A stretch of DNA of 64,000 nt from Abditibacterium sp. (GCA_965246885.1 OZ251992.1:288001-352000); one strand, 5' to 3'. Positions 1 to 10,349 are shown, counted from the first letter of the stretch. Notes: generated from the letters alone by a model not told the origin. Translations and numbers: made by a program.

Positions 1-266
1 CGCTGATTCACCTCATCGGCATCCCGGTGACGAACCTGAGCGTGAATCCGGCGCGCTCGACTGGCCCCGCGCTGATGGCGGCGCTCAATGGCGGTGGCGG
101 GCACATCGCGCAACTGTGGCTGTTTTGGCTGGCGCCGCTTGTGGGCGCAGCGATTGGCGGCGCCTTGTATCCGCTCGTGGCGGGCGATGCCGGAACGCGC
201 GCGGTGGACACGCAGTCCGAGCCGGGCGCTGGCCCCGCCGGTCGTATCGGTGAGCGCGCGGCGTAG
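1..266 (+). CDS. aqpZ: Aquaporin Z, C-terminal part (5' truncated by window)
   Basis: Frame from nt 3 reads [24 protein letters not shown]...[17 protein letters not shown]: second NPA motif and AqpZ-typical C-terminus. Confidence 0.93.
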   Translation, partial: LIHLIGIPVTNLSVNPARSTGPALMAALNGGGGHIAQLWLFWLAPLVGAAIGGALYPLVAGDAGTRAVDTQSEPGAGPAGRIGERAA

Positions 267-272
267 TGCGAG

Positions 273-974
273 ATGGCGGCGGTTTGGGCGCGTAATTCGC
301 CGTTAAAGGCCGCGATGCAACGCTTCACCCCCGCCGCCCTGCGCGGACTGTTAGTTGGTTTGGCGCTGGTCGTCGTGTCACTACCGAGGCTGTGGGCGCT
401 GCACGGCGCCTTGGGGTTGGGGAAGCCGCCCGCCGAAGGCTTGTTGTTGCTGGGCGGGGCGGTGATGCTGTCGCTGGCATTGTCGGGCGCGGCGGGAGCG
501 TTTATCGGTCGCACGCACGGCAACGCGACGTTGGCGGCGCTCGCGGGGCTGGCCATTGCCCTGAGCGCCTGCTTTGTGGCGGCGCCCTTTTATGGGGCCT
601 TAGTGATGGACGACGTGGACAGGGACGCGACGGAAATGGTCGTTCGTGAGGGAGGCCGCCTGACGGAAGGGGCGCAAAGTGCCGTCGAAAACGGCGCGCT
701 CACGCGGGCGCAGGGCACCCTCGAAGCCGCGCGGCAGGGGCGGATGCGCGAGGAAATGGCGCGCTTGCAAGCGCAGGCCAAAGCCGCGACTTCGCCGCAA
801 GCGCGCGGGCGAGCCGCCAATGCCGCGCAAGATTTGGCCGACCAACTGGCGCCCAAAGGCGTGGAACTATTCAAATCCGGCGTGGCGCGGCTGAGCGCGT
901 TTGCCTTGTTGCTGTGGGCCATCGGCGCGGCGCCCATCGGCGCGGCGTGGGAATGTCGCCGTGCGCGGCGTTAA
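273..974 (+). CDS. Hypothetical membrane protein
   Basis: 233-aa ORF with several hydrophobic segments that fills the gap between neighbours. Confidence 0.65.
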   Translation: MAAVWARNSPLKAAMQRFTPAALRGLLVGLALVVVSLPRLWALHGALGLGKPPAEGLLLLGGAVMLSLALSGAAGAFIGRTHGNATLAALAGLAIALSACFVAAPFYGALVMDDVDRDATEMVVREGGRLTEGAQSAVENGALTRAQGTLEAARQGRMREEMARLQAQAKAATSPQARGRAANAAQDLADQLAPKGVELFKSGVARLSAFALLLWAIGAAPIGAAWECRRARR

Positions 975-1261
975 CAGGCGCTACCCTGTTCGGTGTCCAA
1001 CACATCGCGCGCGTCGGGGTGGCGCGCGAAGTAGGTCACCATGAACGGGCACACGGGCACGATTTTGCCGCCTTCGCGCCGCGCGTGTTCGACGATGCCC
1101 GCCGCCAACTGTGAGGCGACCCCGCCGCCCCGCAAGGCGACGGGCACTTCGACGTGGGTGACGATCCACTTATTTGGCTCGGTGCGGCAGTCGGCGATGG
1201 CGGTTTCACCGTCGGTTGCTAATTCAAAGCGCGAGCGCGCGGCGTTCCATTGGACGTTCAT
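971..1261 (-). CDS. Small GNAT-family N-acetyltransferase (YjdJ-like)
   Basis: THVEVPVALRGGGVASQL...KIVPVCPF..YFARHP motif, 96 aa. Confidence 0.88.
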   Translation of the reverse strand: MNVQWNAARSRFELATDGETAIADCRTEPNKWIVTHVEVPVALRGGGVASQLAAGIVEHARREGGKIVPVCPFMVTYFARHPDARDVLDTEQGSAC

Positions 1262-1309
1262 GAAGGGCGCGACGCCGCAAGATGGGCGCCGCGCCTTAAA
1301 ATGTCTGGC

Positions 1310-2113
1310 ATGGTTTCGGTTTGTTTAATCGGCGCGGGCGGGCGCATGGGCTTGGAAATCGTGCGCGCGCTTTACAACGACGCTGACACGCAGTTAGCCG
1401 CCGCCGTTGGCACCCCTCGCACGGCGGGGCAAGACGCGGGCGCCTTGGCAGGCATCGGAGGGGTTGGCGTCGCGGTGGCTACCGACCTGAGTAGCGCCTT
1501 GGGCGCGACGCGCCCAAGGGCAGACGTGGCGCTCGATGTCAGCGTTCCCGCCGCCGTGATGGGCAACGCCCAGACCGCACTTCGGGCGGGCGTTCCACTC
1601 GTCATCGGCGCAACGGGGTTGTCCAAAGACGACTTAGCCCATCTCGACGCCCTCGCCAAGGAAGCGAACGTCCCCGTTCTGGTGGCCCCCAACTTTGCCA
1701 TCGGCGCCATCCTGATGATGCGCTTTGCTGCCGAGGCCGCGAAGTATTTCGACAACGCCGAGATACTCGAATTTCACCACGACAAGAAACTCGACGCGCC
1801 GTCCGGCACGGCGTTCAAGACCGCGCTGCTCATGCGCGAAGCGCGCGGGTCGGACTTTGAGCGGGTGGGCGGCGACGATGCCAACGCTCCCGGAGCGCGC
1901 GGCGGGCAGATGGGCGGCGTCGCGCTCCATTCCATCCGCCAACCGGGGTTTCTGGCGCACCAAGAAGTCATCTTTGGCATGAAGGGTCAAACTCTGCACA
2001 TCCGCCACGACGCCCTTTCCCGCGAGTGCTACATGCCCGGCGTCCTGCTCGCCGTGAAGCGGGTGCGCGGCCTCGCGGCGGGTGTCCATTTCGGTCTGGA
2101 GAACGTCTTATGA
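1310..2113 (+). CDS. dapB: 4-hydroxy-tetrahydrodipicolinate reductase
   Basis: GAGGRMG, APNFAIG, EFHHDKKLDAPSGTA motifs; start placed at ATG 1310 (alternative 1301). Confidence 0.95.
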   Translation: MVSVCLIGAGGRMGLEIVRALYNDADTQLAAAVGTPRTAGQDAGALAGIGGVGVAVATDLSSALGATRPRADVALDVSVPAAVMGNAQTALRAGVPLVIGATGLSKDDLAHLDALAKEANVPVLVAPNFAIGAILMMRFAAEAAKYFDNAEILEFHHDKKLDAPSGTAFKTALLMREARGSDFERVGGDDANAPGARGGQMGGVALHSIRQPGFLAHQEVIFGMKGQTLHIRHDALSRECYMPGVLLAVKRVRGLAAGVHFGLENVL

Positions 2114-2889
2114 AGAGAACCTTCCTACTCTTAGCGGTGCTGGGTGTTGCCTCCATCGCGCACGCGCACCCGGAGCCAACGCTCGACATAGACGCTCTCG
2201 TATGGGGCAGCGATGCGGTCGTCGAGGGCACGGTCGCCAAGGCCCACACTCGCACTTACCCGCCCCGCGACGGCGGCTTCACCGTCGTGGAAAGCGCCGA
2301 TGTGCGCGTGGAAAGGGGATGGATGGGCGCCATCCTGCCGGGGCGCACCGTCCTCGTCGGCGACCTGTCACTTTACTCCGTCGGCGGCGGCGAGGGCGCT
2401 GTGGCGTCCGCGCTTGGCATCCTCACCGAGAACGGCAAAACGGTCACGGAGTGGGTGCGCCCTTCCGAGCCGCGCTCGTTGGGGGCGGGCGACCGCGCCA
2501 TCTTCTTCTTGCGAGACGCCCGCAGGCACCCTGACGCTTACGGCGCGGCGGGGTTCGCCGCGTTGCCTTCGGGCATACGGATGGTGCGCGGCGGGCGAGT
2601 TTGGGGCTTTCGGCAGTGGAGCAATCCCGGCGGCTACGGCGAAACCGCCCCCGTATCGCGCGCCGCTTTTGACGCCGGGTTCGCCGCCAGCCGCGCGCGC
2701 ATCGCCGAGTTAAAAGCGCGCTTGCACAACCCGCCGCGCGCCGCAGACCGCGCCTTCTTCGCGCGCTGGAAAGCCGCCCGCCAAAGCGCGAGGCAAGGCC
2801 GCGACTCTTGGGGCGCCGATCAGGGCCTCACGCAAGCCCTCGACGAGCGGCTCGCCCAAATCGCGCGCGTCGCGCCCCAAACCCGCTAA
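2110..2889 (+). CDS. Hypothetical exported protein
   Basis: ATGA overlap with dapB stop; signal-peptide-like MKRTFLLLAVLGVASIAHA. Confidence 0.7.
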   Translation: MKRTFLLLAVLGVASIAHAHPEPTLDIDALVWGSDAVVEGTVAKAHTRTYPPRDGGFTVVESADVRVERGWMGAILPGRTVLVGDLSLYSVGGGEGAVASALGILTENGKTVTEWVRPSEPRSLGAGDRAIFFLRDARRHPDAYGAAGFAALPSGIRMVRGGRVWGFRQWSNPGGYGETAPVSRAAFDAGFAASRARIAELKARLHNPPRAADRAFFARWKAARQSARQGRDSWGADQGLTQALDERLAQIARVAPQTR

Positions 2890-2904
2890 ACCAAACTATT
2901 CTCC

Positions 2905-3981
2905 ATGACTAAGAAGAAAGTCGCCGTTGTTGGCGCGACCGGCATCGCCGGTCAACAGTTCCTCGCCGCCCTGCCCGCTCACCCGCAGTTTGAACTGGTC
3001 GCGCTCGCCGCTTCCCACCGCAGCGCGGGCAAGACGTATCTCGACGCCATCCGCGAGCCGTCCGGCATGGTGGGCTGGTGGTGCGACGAGCCGCTCGACC
3101 CCGCTTTCGCCGCCATGACCGTGCAGGACTCCCTCGCTTTCGACGCCCAAAGCGTTGACCTCGTGTTTACCGCCGTCGAGTCGGACGCGGCCAAGGAGTT
3201 GGAGCCGATATACGCCCGCACCACGCCCGTTGTTTCGACCGCCAGCGCGTTCCGCTACTTCGACGACACGCCCATCTTCGTCCCCGGCGTCAACAACGCG
3301 CACATCGCGCTCCTCGACCGCCAAGCGCGCGAGCGCGGCTGGAAGGGCTTCGTCACGCCCGTCCCGAACTGCACCACGACCGGCCTCGTCATGACGCTCA
3401 AGCCCATCTTCGACGCCTTCGGCATTGCGGGCGTTGTGCTCACTTCGATGCAAGCGATGAGCGGCGCGGGACGGCGCGGCGGCGTCTTGGGCTTGGACGC
3501 GCTCGACAACATCATCCCCTATATCTCCGGCGAGGAAGAGAAAGTCCAGAAGGAAACGCAGAAGATTCTCGGCACACTTGGAAACGGCGCCATCACGCCC
3601 GCCAACTTCGGCGTGTCGGCGACTTGCACGCGCGCGAATGTGTCGGACGGCCACACCGAAGCCGTCTTCGTGGCGACCGAGCGGCCCTGCACGCCGGAAG
3701 AAGTCGCGCGCGTCATGCGCGAGTTCAAGGGCGGCTTGGAGGGCTTGCCTTCGACGCCGGAGCAGTTAATCTACGTTCACGACGACCCGTTTCGCCCCCA
3801 GCCGCGCCGCGACCGGGACATGGGCGCGGGCATGACAACCGTCGTGGGCCGCCTGCGCCCCGAAACCGTGCTGGGGCAAAGCGGCGTGAAGTACGTGCTG
3901 GTATCGCACAACACCAAGATGGGCGCCGCCAAAGGCGCCATCTTGGTAGCGGAACTGCTGCTACGCGAGGGGCGCATTTAA
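2905..3981 (+). CDS. asd: Aspartate-semialdehyde dehydrogenase (archaeal/fungal-like subtype)
   Basis: GATGIAGQQF, PNCTT catalytic Cys, QAMSGAG, EEEK, DGHTE, PQPRRDR, SHNTKMGAA. Confidence 0.95.
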   Translation: MTKKKVAVVGATGIAGQQFLAALPAHPQFELVALAASHRSAGKTYLDAIREPSGMVGWWCDEPLDPAFAAMTVQDSLAFDAQSVDLVFTAVESDAAKELEPIYARTTPVVSTASAFRYFDDTPIFVPGVNNAHIALLDRQARERGWKGFVTPVPNCTTTGLVMTLKPIFDAFGIAGVVLTSMQAMSGAGRRGGVLGLDALDNIIPYISGEEEKVQKETQKILGTLGNGAITPANFGVSATCTRANVSDGHTEAVFVATERPCTPEEVARVMREFKGGLEGLPSTPEQLIYVHDDPFRPQPRRDRDMGAGMTTVVGRLRPETVLGQSGVKYVLVSHNTKMGAAKGAILVAELLLREGRI

Positions 3982-3999
3982 CCTGCTTCCGCACTCCCC

Positions 4000-5004
4000 A
4001 TGATTTACGACGAGCAAGAACTGAAGCGGGCCATCGAAGCGGGCGAGCGGCGTTTGGCGCAGTCGCGGCAAGCGGCGCGCAAGCGGCGGCGCTCGGAAGC
4101 GCTGGGCATCGGCGCGGCGGTTGTGCTCGTGTCGCTTGTCTCGCTGTATTATCTCGCGTCGCGGCGCGTGCCGGGAGCGCCGCACTTTCTCGTCACGTGG
4201 CCCAAAACCGACGCGCCCCAAAGCGTGGCGTCGGGGCAAACGGTGCTCCTGCGCGAAGGGCAACCCTTCGACGTGACGGTTTCGGAAGCGCCGAAGTGGA
4301 ATGTGACGTGGACATCGCCCAACGCTTCGCAAAGCGGCGAGTCGGTTTCGTGGGCGCCGCAACAAAACGGGGAGCTATTGCTGGCGCGGTGTCGCGCGCA
4401 AAACACCGGCTGGGCGGCGCTCTTTTCCCATGTGGTGCCCACGCGCGACCTATCTCTGGGGTGCGTGGCGCCCACGCAAAGCGTCGGCTCGCGGCGCACG
4501 GTTTCCCTCCCCGATGCGGGCGCGTGGGTGTGCCCGCACGTGCAAGCCGCAGGAAACGTCGGTTGGGATGAGCGCGCTCTGCCCGCCCTGAGCGCCGCGA
4601 CTTCGGCGGTTCCTGACGCCGCTTTGTCGGAGAAGTTGGAAGCTCCGCCCACTCCCGCACTGTGGCAATTGGTCTCGAACTTCGACGGCGACACCCGCGC
4701 GCCCACCGAAGAAGCCGCCACCTACGCTTTGCTCCACGCCCCCCATCTGGAAGACGCGCTTCCCCAAGTCGCCGCCAAACTGGTGCGCCTCGCGCCCGAC
4801 GCGAGCGTGAAGTGGGTCTTGCGGTTGGATAAAGACGCGCCCGAAGGCATCATTCGCGTCGCCTTCGACGGCAAGCGGAGCCATCAAGCGTGGATCAAAC
4901 ACAAGGGAGTCGCCGCCGGAACCCCCGTCACCGGCTGGGAAACCGCCGCCAGCCCCGCCACTGCCCCTGAAGTGCCCACCCCCACGCCCACTTCGCGGCA
5001 GTGA
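4000..5004 (+). CDS. Hypothetical membrane-anchored protein
   Basis: 334 aa, one N-terminal TM helix, Pro/Thr-rich tail. Confidence 0.65.
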   Translation: MIYDEQELKRAIEAGERRLAQSRQAARKRRRSEALGIGAAVVLVSLVSLYYLASRRVPGAPHFLVTWPKTDAPQSVASGQTVLLREGQPFDVTVSEAPKWNVTWTSPNASQSGESVSWAPQQNGELLLARCRAQNTGWAALFSHVVPTRDLSLGCVAPTQSVGSRRTVSLPDAGAWVCPHVQAAGNVGWDERALPALSAATSAVPDAALSEKLEAPPTPALWQLVSNFDGDTRAPTEEAATYALLHAPHLEDALPQVAAKLVRLAPDASVKWVLRLDKDAPEGIIRVAFDGKRSHQAWIKHKGVAAGTPVTGWETAASPATAPEVPTPTPTSRQ

Positions 5005-5063
5005 CATGGAGATGTGCCTCCCAAAACGTCACCGTCAGGGCAACCGGCGGCAGCTGGAGTCGT

Positions 5064-5515
5064 CCAGACCTCGCCGAAGGCGAGTCAGAAGGTCATGGGT
5101 CGTACTGGAGCGCGATTGTCGCGGCCGCGCTCAACGGAACGGACAGCACGGCGTAAACCGACGCTTCGACCGCTTCAGTTCGGCGCCAACTGGCATTCCA
5201 TCAAGAGGTGGCGACATTGCTTTGGCTGGTCAACTCTTGCGGCATCGCCGTCGCCGCGCCCGCCGGGATGCGCGCCATCACCGGCCATCCTTGCCCGCCG
5301 TCGCTTGCACGGTTTGGCCGCGAAACGCCACGCGGACGACGGTTCCCATTGTGTCCCGGCCCCAAGCGGCGTCGCTTTGCCTTTGCTGCAACACCATGTT
5401 GTCGCCGATAACCGAGAGCAATAGCCCTTGGGCGCGCGCCGGAGCACACACGCAAAAAAGCCCGCACAACCCCGCGAAAAGGGGCGCCGGGTGGAGACGT
5501 GAAAGAGTTCGTGTC
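5064..5515 (-). pseudogene. Decayed sialate O-acetylesterase N-terminal fragment
   Basis: Signal-peptide remnant, then LLSVIGDNMVLQQ..WG..GTVVRVAFRGQTVQATAGKDGR*W with an in-frame stop, and FGEVW at 5064-5078; no start codon, rest of gene missing. Confidence 0.7.
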
Positions 5516-5654
5516 TAAGGTGGGAAGGGCCTCCTACGGTTTGAGGGGATTTTTTGGAAGCGGGCCGCCGCATTTTGCCCCTGAGCGGCCAAACTTTGTC
5601 CGTAAGCGGACGCCCACCCCCATTGGGCGCGGGTGGAGCGAGGGCAATTAGCAG

Positions 5655-6461
5655 ATGAACCTCTTTGATTTGAGCGGCGAAGTCGCCGTCGTAGTGGGCG
5701 GCACGGGCGAGTTGGGCGGCGCCCTCGCTCTGGCCCTCGCGGGATGCGGCGCACGGGTGGCCGTCGTCGGGCGCGACGCGACGCGCGGCGGCGAGCGGGT
5801 CGCCGCCATCCGCGAGGCGGGCGGGGAGGCGGGGTTCTTCGCCGCCGATGCGTGTGACCGCTCGGCCCTGCAAGGCGCGCGCCTCGCCATCGAGGGCAGT
5901 CTTGGCCCCGCCTCGGTCTTGGTCAACGCGGCGGGGGGCAACCGCGCCGGGGCCACGCTGCCTCCGGGCGCGGACTTTTGCGCGCTCGAACAGGCCGCGT
6001 GGAACGAGGTGTTCGACCTGAATCTGGTCGGCGGCGCGTTGCTCCCCTGCCAAGTGTGGGGCGCGGGGATGGTGGCGCGCGGGCGCGGCTCGATTGTCAA
6101 CATCGCCTCCCTCAGTGGCATGACGCCGCTTTCGCGCGTGGTGGCGTATAGCGCGGCGAAGGCGGCGGTGCTGAACCTGACGCAGTTTCTGGCGCGCGAG
6201 TGGGCGCCCTCTAACGTGCGCGTGAACGCGCTGTCGCCCGGCTTTTTCCCCGCCGAGCAAAACCGCGCCCTGCTTCAGAACGCCGATGGCACGCTGTCGC
6301 AACGCGGCGCGGCTATCATCGGACACACGCCGATGGCGCGCTTTGGGCGGGCCGACGAGTTGGCGGGCGCCTTAGTGTTTCTGGCCAGCGCGCGAGCGTC
6401 GGGCTTTGTGACGGGGCACAACTTGGTCGTGGATGGCGGCTTTAGCGCCACGACGATTTGA
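5655..6461 (+). CDS. SDR oxidoreductase, D-mannonate oxidoreductase (fructuronate reductase)-like
   Basis: GGTGELG, NAAGGN, YSAAK, PGFFPAEQNR; hexuronate gene context. Confidence 0.85.
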   Translation: MNLFDLSGEVAVVVGGTGELGGALALALAGCGARVAVVGRDATRGGERVAAIREAGGEAGFFAADACDRSALQGARLAIEGSLGPASVLVNAAGGNRAGATLPPGADFCALEQAAWNEVFDLNLVGGALLPCQVWGAGMVARGRGSIVNIASLSGMTPLSRVVAYSAAKAAVLNLTQFLAREWAPSNVRVNALSPGFFPAEQNRALLQNADGTLSQRGAAIIGHTPMARFGRADELAGALVFLASARASGFVTGHNLVVDGGFSATTI

Positions 6462-6467
6462 ACTTCC

Positions 6468-7706
6468 ATGCTGACACCAACCGACATCGCCGCGCGTGTG
6501 GCCGCCTTCGCGCAGACTCTGCCGCTCGACGGCAAGCGCGTCTTGCTCATTGTGCCCGATGCCACGCGCACCGCGCCCATTGGCCCGCTCTTTCGCGCGC
6601 TGTGGGCGGCGCTCGATGGGCAGGTAGCGGCACTGGATGTGATGGTGGCGCTGGGCACGCACCCGGCGATGAGCGAGGCGGCGATTCGGGCGCGCTTGGA
6701 GATAACCCCGCACGAGCGCGAGACCACCTTCGCCCGCGTCGGGTTCTACAACCACGAGTGGGACAACCCGGCGGCGCTCACGCTTTTGGGCACCATCCCG
6801 GCGGGCGAGATAGCGGCGCTGTCGGGCGGCTTGTTCGAGATGGACGTGCCCGTCACCTTCAACGCGCGCGCTTTGAGCTACGACCATCTGCTTATTGTCG
6901 GCCCCGTCTTTCCGCACGAGGTGGTGGGCTTTTCGGGCGGCAACAAGTATCTCTTTCCGGGTATCGGCGGGCCGGAAGTGCTCAACTTCTTCCACTGGCT
7001 GGGCGCGGTCATCACCAACGCGGCCATTATTGGGGCGGGCTATACGCCGGTGCGCGCCGTCGTTGACCGCGCCGCCGCTCTGGTTCCGGTCGCCAAGAGC
7101 GCCATTTGTCTGGTCGTGTCGCCCGGTGGGGAGTTGGTGGGGATGTTCACCGGCACCCCCGAAGCCGCATGGGAAAGCGCGGCGAAGTTGTCGAGCGAGG
7201 TGCATATCACGCGCAAGGCGCACCCGTTCCACACCGTCTTGAGTCGTTGCCCGCTCATGTATGACGACCTCTGGGTGGGCGGCAAGGCGATGTATAAGTT
7301 GGAGCCAGTCGTCGCGGATGGCGGCGAACTGATCATTTACGCGCCCCACATCCGGGAGATTAGCCCGGTGCATGGCGCGCTGTTGGAGCGCATCGGCTAC
7401 CACTGCCGCGACTACTTCCTCGCCGATTGGGACACGTTCAAGGCGCTGCCTTGGGGCGTCCTCGCGCACTCGACACACGTGCGCGGGCAGGGCACGATGG
7501 AAGGTGGGGAGGAGCGGTGCCGCATCCGCGTCACCCTTGCGACGGGCATCCCCGAAGCGACTTGCCGCCGCGTCAACCTCGGCTACCGCGACCCCGCTTC
7601 GATTCGTATCGGAGACTACCAAAACAGCGAAGACGAGGGTGTTCTCGACGTGCCCAAAGCGGGCGAAATGCTCTTTCGATTGGAAGACCCCAGCGCGCGG
7701 GTGTAA
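6468..7706 (+). CDS. LarA (lactate racemase)-family epimerase
   Basis: PDATRT, ALGTH, NHEW, PHEVVGFSGGNK.LFPG motifs. Confidence 0.88.
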   Translation: MLTPTDIAARVAAFAQTLPLDGKRVLLIVPDATRTAPIGPLFRALWAALDGQVAALDVMVALGTHPAMSEAAIRARLEITPHERETTFARVGFYNHEWDNPAALTLLGTIPAGEIAALSGGLFEMDVPVTFNARALSYDHLLIVGPVFPHEVVGFSGGNKYLFPGIGGPEVLNFFHWLGAVITNAAIIGAGYTPVRAVVDRAAALVPVAKSAICLVVSPGGELVGMFTGTPEAAWESAAKLSSEVHITRKAHPFHTVLSRCPLMYDDLWVGGKAMYKLEPVVADGGELIIYAPHIREISPVHGALLERIGYHCRDYFLADWDTFKALPWGVLAHSTHVRGQGTMEGGEERCRIRVTLATGIPEATCRRVNLGYRDPASIRIGDYQNSEDEGVLDVPKAGEMLFRLEDPSARV

Positions 7707-7718
7707 GACTTACCACTC

Positions 7719-8981
7719 ATGCCTCCCTCCCTCCCGCTGTTTGCCGAGCAGCTGCCCACCGCCGTGTCGCGCGCGGTGCGCGAAGCGCGCGTCTTCGACA
7801 TCCACACCCACCTCTACGCCCCGGCGTTTGGTGACCTGCTGTTGTGGGGCATAGACGATCTGCTGGTGTTCCACTACCTCGTCGCCGAGACGTTTCGCCA
7901 CGCTGCGCTGCCTTACGAGCGCTTCTGGGGGATGTCCAAGAGCGAGCAAGCCGAGTTGGTGTGGGGGACGCTGTTCCTCGACCGCTCGCCTCTTTCGGAA
8001 GCGCGCCAAGGCGTGCTGACCACGCTCCATGCTTTGGGTTTGGATGTCCGCGCGCGCGACTTGCCCGCGCTCCGGCGCCACTTCGCGGGGCAGAACCGCG
8101 ATGCCTACATCGGGCACTGCATGGAGTTGGCGGGCGTTTCCAAGATATGCATGACGAACTCGCCCTTCGACCACGACGAAGCGCCGCTTTGGGACGGCTT
8201 CAGGGGCGATGAGCGCTTTTGCGCGGCCTTGCGCATAGACCCGCTCCTCAACGAGTGGGAGCAAACCCTCCCCCAGATGCGTGGTTGGGGCTACGATGTG
8301 GGCAGCGACCTGAACGAGGCGACGCTGCGCGAGGTGCGCCGCTTCCTCGGTGACTGGGCGCGCAAGATGAACGCGCTCTACCTGATGGTGTCTTTGCCGC
8401 CGGAGTGGAACTTCCCCGACGACCGCCACAACCCCACGCGCGGACGGCTCATTGAAGGTGTCATCCTGCCCTTTTGCCGCGAGGCGGGACTGCCCTTCGC
8501 CGTCATGCCCGGCGTGCGCAAGCTCATCAACCCCGACCTGCGCTTGGCCGGAGACGGCGTGGGCCGCTCCGACCTCTACGCCTTGGGCAACTTGTGCGCG
8601 CACAACCCCGACGTCAAGTTCATGGCCACCGTCCTTTCGCGCGAGAACCAGCACGAACTGAACGTGTTGGCGCGCAAGTTTGGCAACCTGCACCCCTTCG
8701 GCTGCTGGTGGTTCCTCAACATCCCGACCCTCGTGGACGAAATGACGCGCATGCGGCTCGAACTGTTGGGAACGAGCTTTACCTTCCAACACTCCGACGC
8801 CCGCGTGTTGGAGCAGATGATTTACAAGTGGGATCACTCCAAGACCGTGTTGGAGCGCATCCTTTCCGAGAAATACGCCGCCATGACCGCGAGCGGCTGG
8901 GGCGTTACCGCAGGGGAGATCGAGCGCGACGTGCGCGAAATCACCGGCGGCGCTTTCGAGGAGTTCCTCGCTCGTTCCTGA
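7719..8981 (+). CDS. uxaC: Uronate (glucuronate) isomerase, amidohydrolase fold
   Basis: DIHTHL, MTNSPFD, GCWWF, QHSDARVLEQMIYKW. Confidence 0.85.
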   Translation: MPPSLPLFAEQLPTAVSRAVREARVFDIHTHLYAPAFGDLLLWGIDDLLVFHYLVAETFRHAALPYERFWGMSKSEQAELVWGTLFLDRSPLSEARQGVLTTLHALGLDVRARDLPALRRHFAGQNRDAYIGHCMELAGVSKICMTNSPFDHDEAPLWDGFRGDERFCAALRIDPLLNEWEQTLPQMRGWGYDVGSDLNEATLREVRRFLGDWARKMNALYLMVSLPPEWNFPDDRHNPTRGRLIEGVILPFCREAGLPFAVMPGVRKLINPDLRLAGDGVGRSDLYALGNLCAHNPDVKFMATVLSRENQHELNVLARKFGNLHPFGCWWFLNIPTLVDEMTRMRLELLGTSFTFQHSDARVLEQMIYKWDHSKTVLERILSEKYAAMTASGWGVTAGEIERDVREITGGAFEEFLARS

Positions 8982-10243
8982 TGTTAATCCTTGAAAAACT
9001 TTCTTTCGGCGTGGGCGACCGCTTCGCCCACCAAGCCCGCGCCCAACTGCGCGCCTTCGAGATGCTCCACACGGCGGGCGTGGACGTCGTGCCCGTGTGG
9101 AACAAGTCGCACCGCGAACATAGCACCATCGGCTCCGCTCCAGAGGATGTGCGCCGCGCCGCCGATGCCGCCGTCAAAGAGGCGAGGTGGCCCCTCGCGC
9201 ACTATGTGGACGCCGACCATGTGCGCTTGGAAACCGTCGCGGGCTTTGTGGAAAGCAGCGACTTTTTCACACTCGATGTCGCCGACTTCATCGGGCCAGC
9301 GCCGCCAGCGTCGGATGAAGGTGGAGCGGCCTCGTTCGTCGCGCGCCACCCCGAACTCGTCGGGCGCGTCGAGATTCCCGGCATCGAAGCGCCCTTTGAG
9401 ACGACCAAAGAGCAAGTGCAAGCCGTTGCCGCCAAGTATCTCGCGGCGGTCGCCGAAGCGGGGCGCTCGTATCGCCACATCGCGGGCGTCAAAGGTGTCG
9501 GCACCTTCATTACCGAAGTCTCGATGGACGAAACCGACGCGCCGCAAACTCCGCCCGAACTGTTGGTCATCCTCGCCGCCCTCGCCGACGAAGGCATCCC
9601 GCTCCAAACCATCGCGCCCAAGTTCTCCGGGCGCTTCAACAAGGGCGTGGACTACGTTGGCGACCCCGCCCAGTTCGAGCGCGAGTTGGGCGACGACATC
9701 GCCGTCATCGCGCACGCCGTCGCCCGCTACGACCTGCCCGCCAACCTCAAACTCAGCGTCCACTCCGGCAGCGATAAGTTCTCCCTCTACGCCCCCATCC
9801 GCCGCACCCTCGCGCGCACCGGCGCGGGGTTGCACCTCAAAACGGCGGGCACCACATGGCTCGAAGAACTCATCGGCCTTGCCGAAGCGGGCGGATCGGG
9901 CCTCGCGCTCGCCAAGGAGATTTACGCCCTCGCGCTCGAAAAGCAGGCGGAACTGTGCGCGCCGTATGCGTCAGTCATTGACATCAACCCGGCCCTCCTC
10001 CCCTCTGCCGCGACAGTGAACGGCTGGACAAGCGAGCAGTTCACCGCCGCCCTGCGCCACGACCCAACTAACCCCAGTTTCAACCCCGGCGTGCGCCAAC
10101 TGCTCCACGTCGGCTACAAAATCGCCGCCCAACTGGGCGCGCGCTACACCGATGCCCTCCAAGCGAACCAAGCCACCATCGCCCGCAACGTCACCCACAA
10201 CCTCTTCGAGCGCCACATGAAACTTCTCTTCCTCAAAGATTAA
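8981..10243 (+). CDS. uxaE: Tagaturonate/fructuronate epimerase
   Basis: SFGVGDRF, DADH, EVSMDET, APKFSGRFNKGVDY, KLSVHSGSDKFS, HLKTAGTTWLEE; ATG overlaps upstream TGA. Confidence 0.9.
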   Translation: MLILEKLSFGVGDRFAHQARAQLRAFEMLHTAGVDVVPVWNKSHREHSTIGSAPEDVRRAADAAVKEARWPLAHYVDADHVRLETVAGFVESSDFFTLDVADFIGPAPPASDEGGAASFVARHPELVGRVEIPGIEAPFETTKEQVQAVAAKYLAAVAEAGRSYRHIAGVKGVGTFITEVSMDETDAPQTPPELLVILAALADEGIPLQTIAPKFSGRFNKGVDYVGDPAQFERELGDDIAVIAHAVARYDLPANLKLSVHSGSDKFSLYAPIRRTLARTGAGLHLKTAGTTWLEELIGLAEAGGSGLALAKEIYALALEKQAELCAPYASVIDINPALLPSAATVNGWTSEQFTAALRHDPTNPSFNPGVRQLLHVGYKIAAQLGARYTDALQANQATIARNVTHNLFERHMKLLFLKD

Positions 10244-10325
10244 ATCAGCAGAATTCATAAAGAACACCGCTGTCAGGTCAGGCGCAGACGGACACCGAGA
10301 AATACCCAGCAGAGATAATCCTTTG

Positions 10326-10349
10326 TGGTAAATTCAAAGGTAGAACCTT
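10326..10349 (+). promoter_or_regulatory. Extended -10 (TGnTAAATT) plus FadR-type palindromic operator AAGGT-AGA-ACCTT
   Basis: Perfect inverted repeat at 10337-10349; the same core recurs at 26359 and 35350. Confidence 0.75.

Noticed and set aside
8474..8980. N-terminal extensions given by the ORF track (uxaE; similarly dapB, pafA, vapC, GntR)
   Set aside because: They overlap upstream genes or promoters; family similarity starts at the downstream start codons used here.
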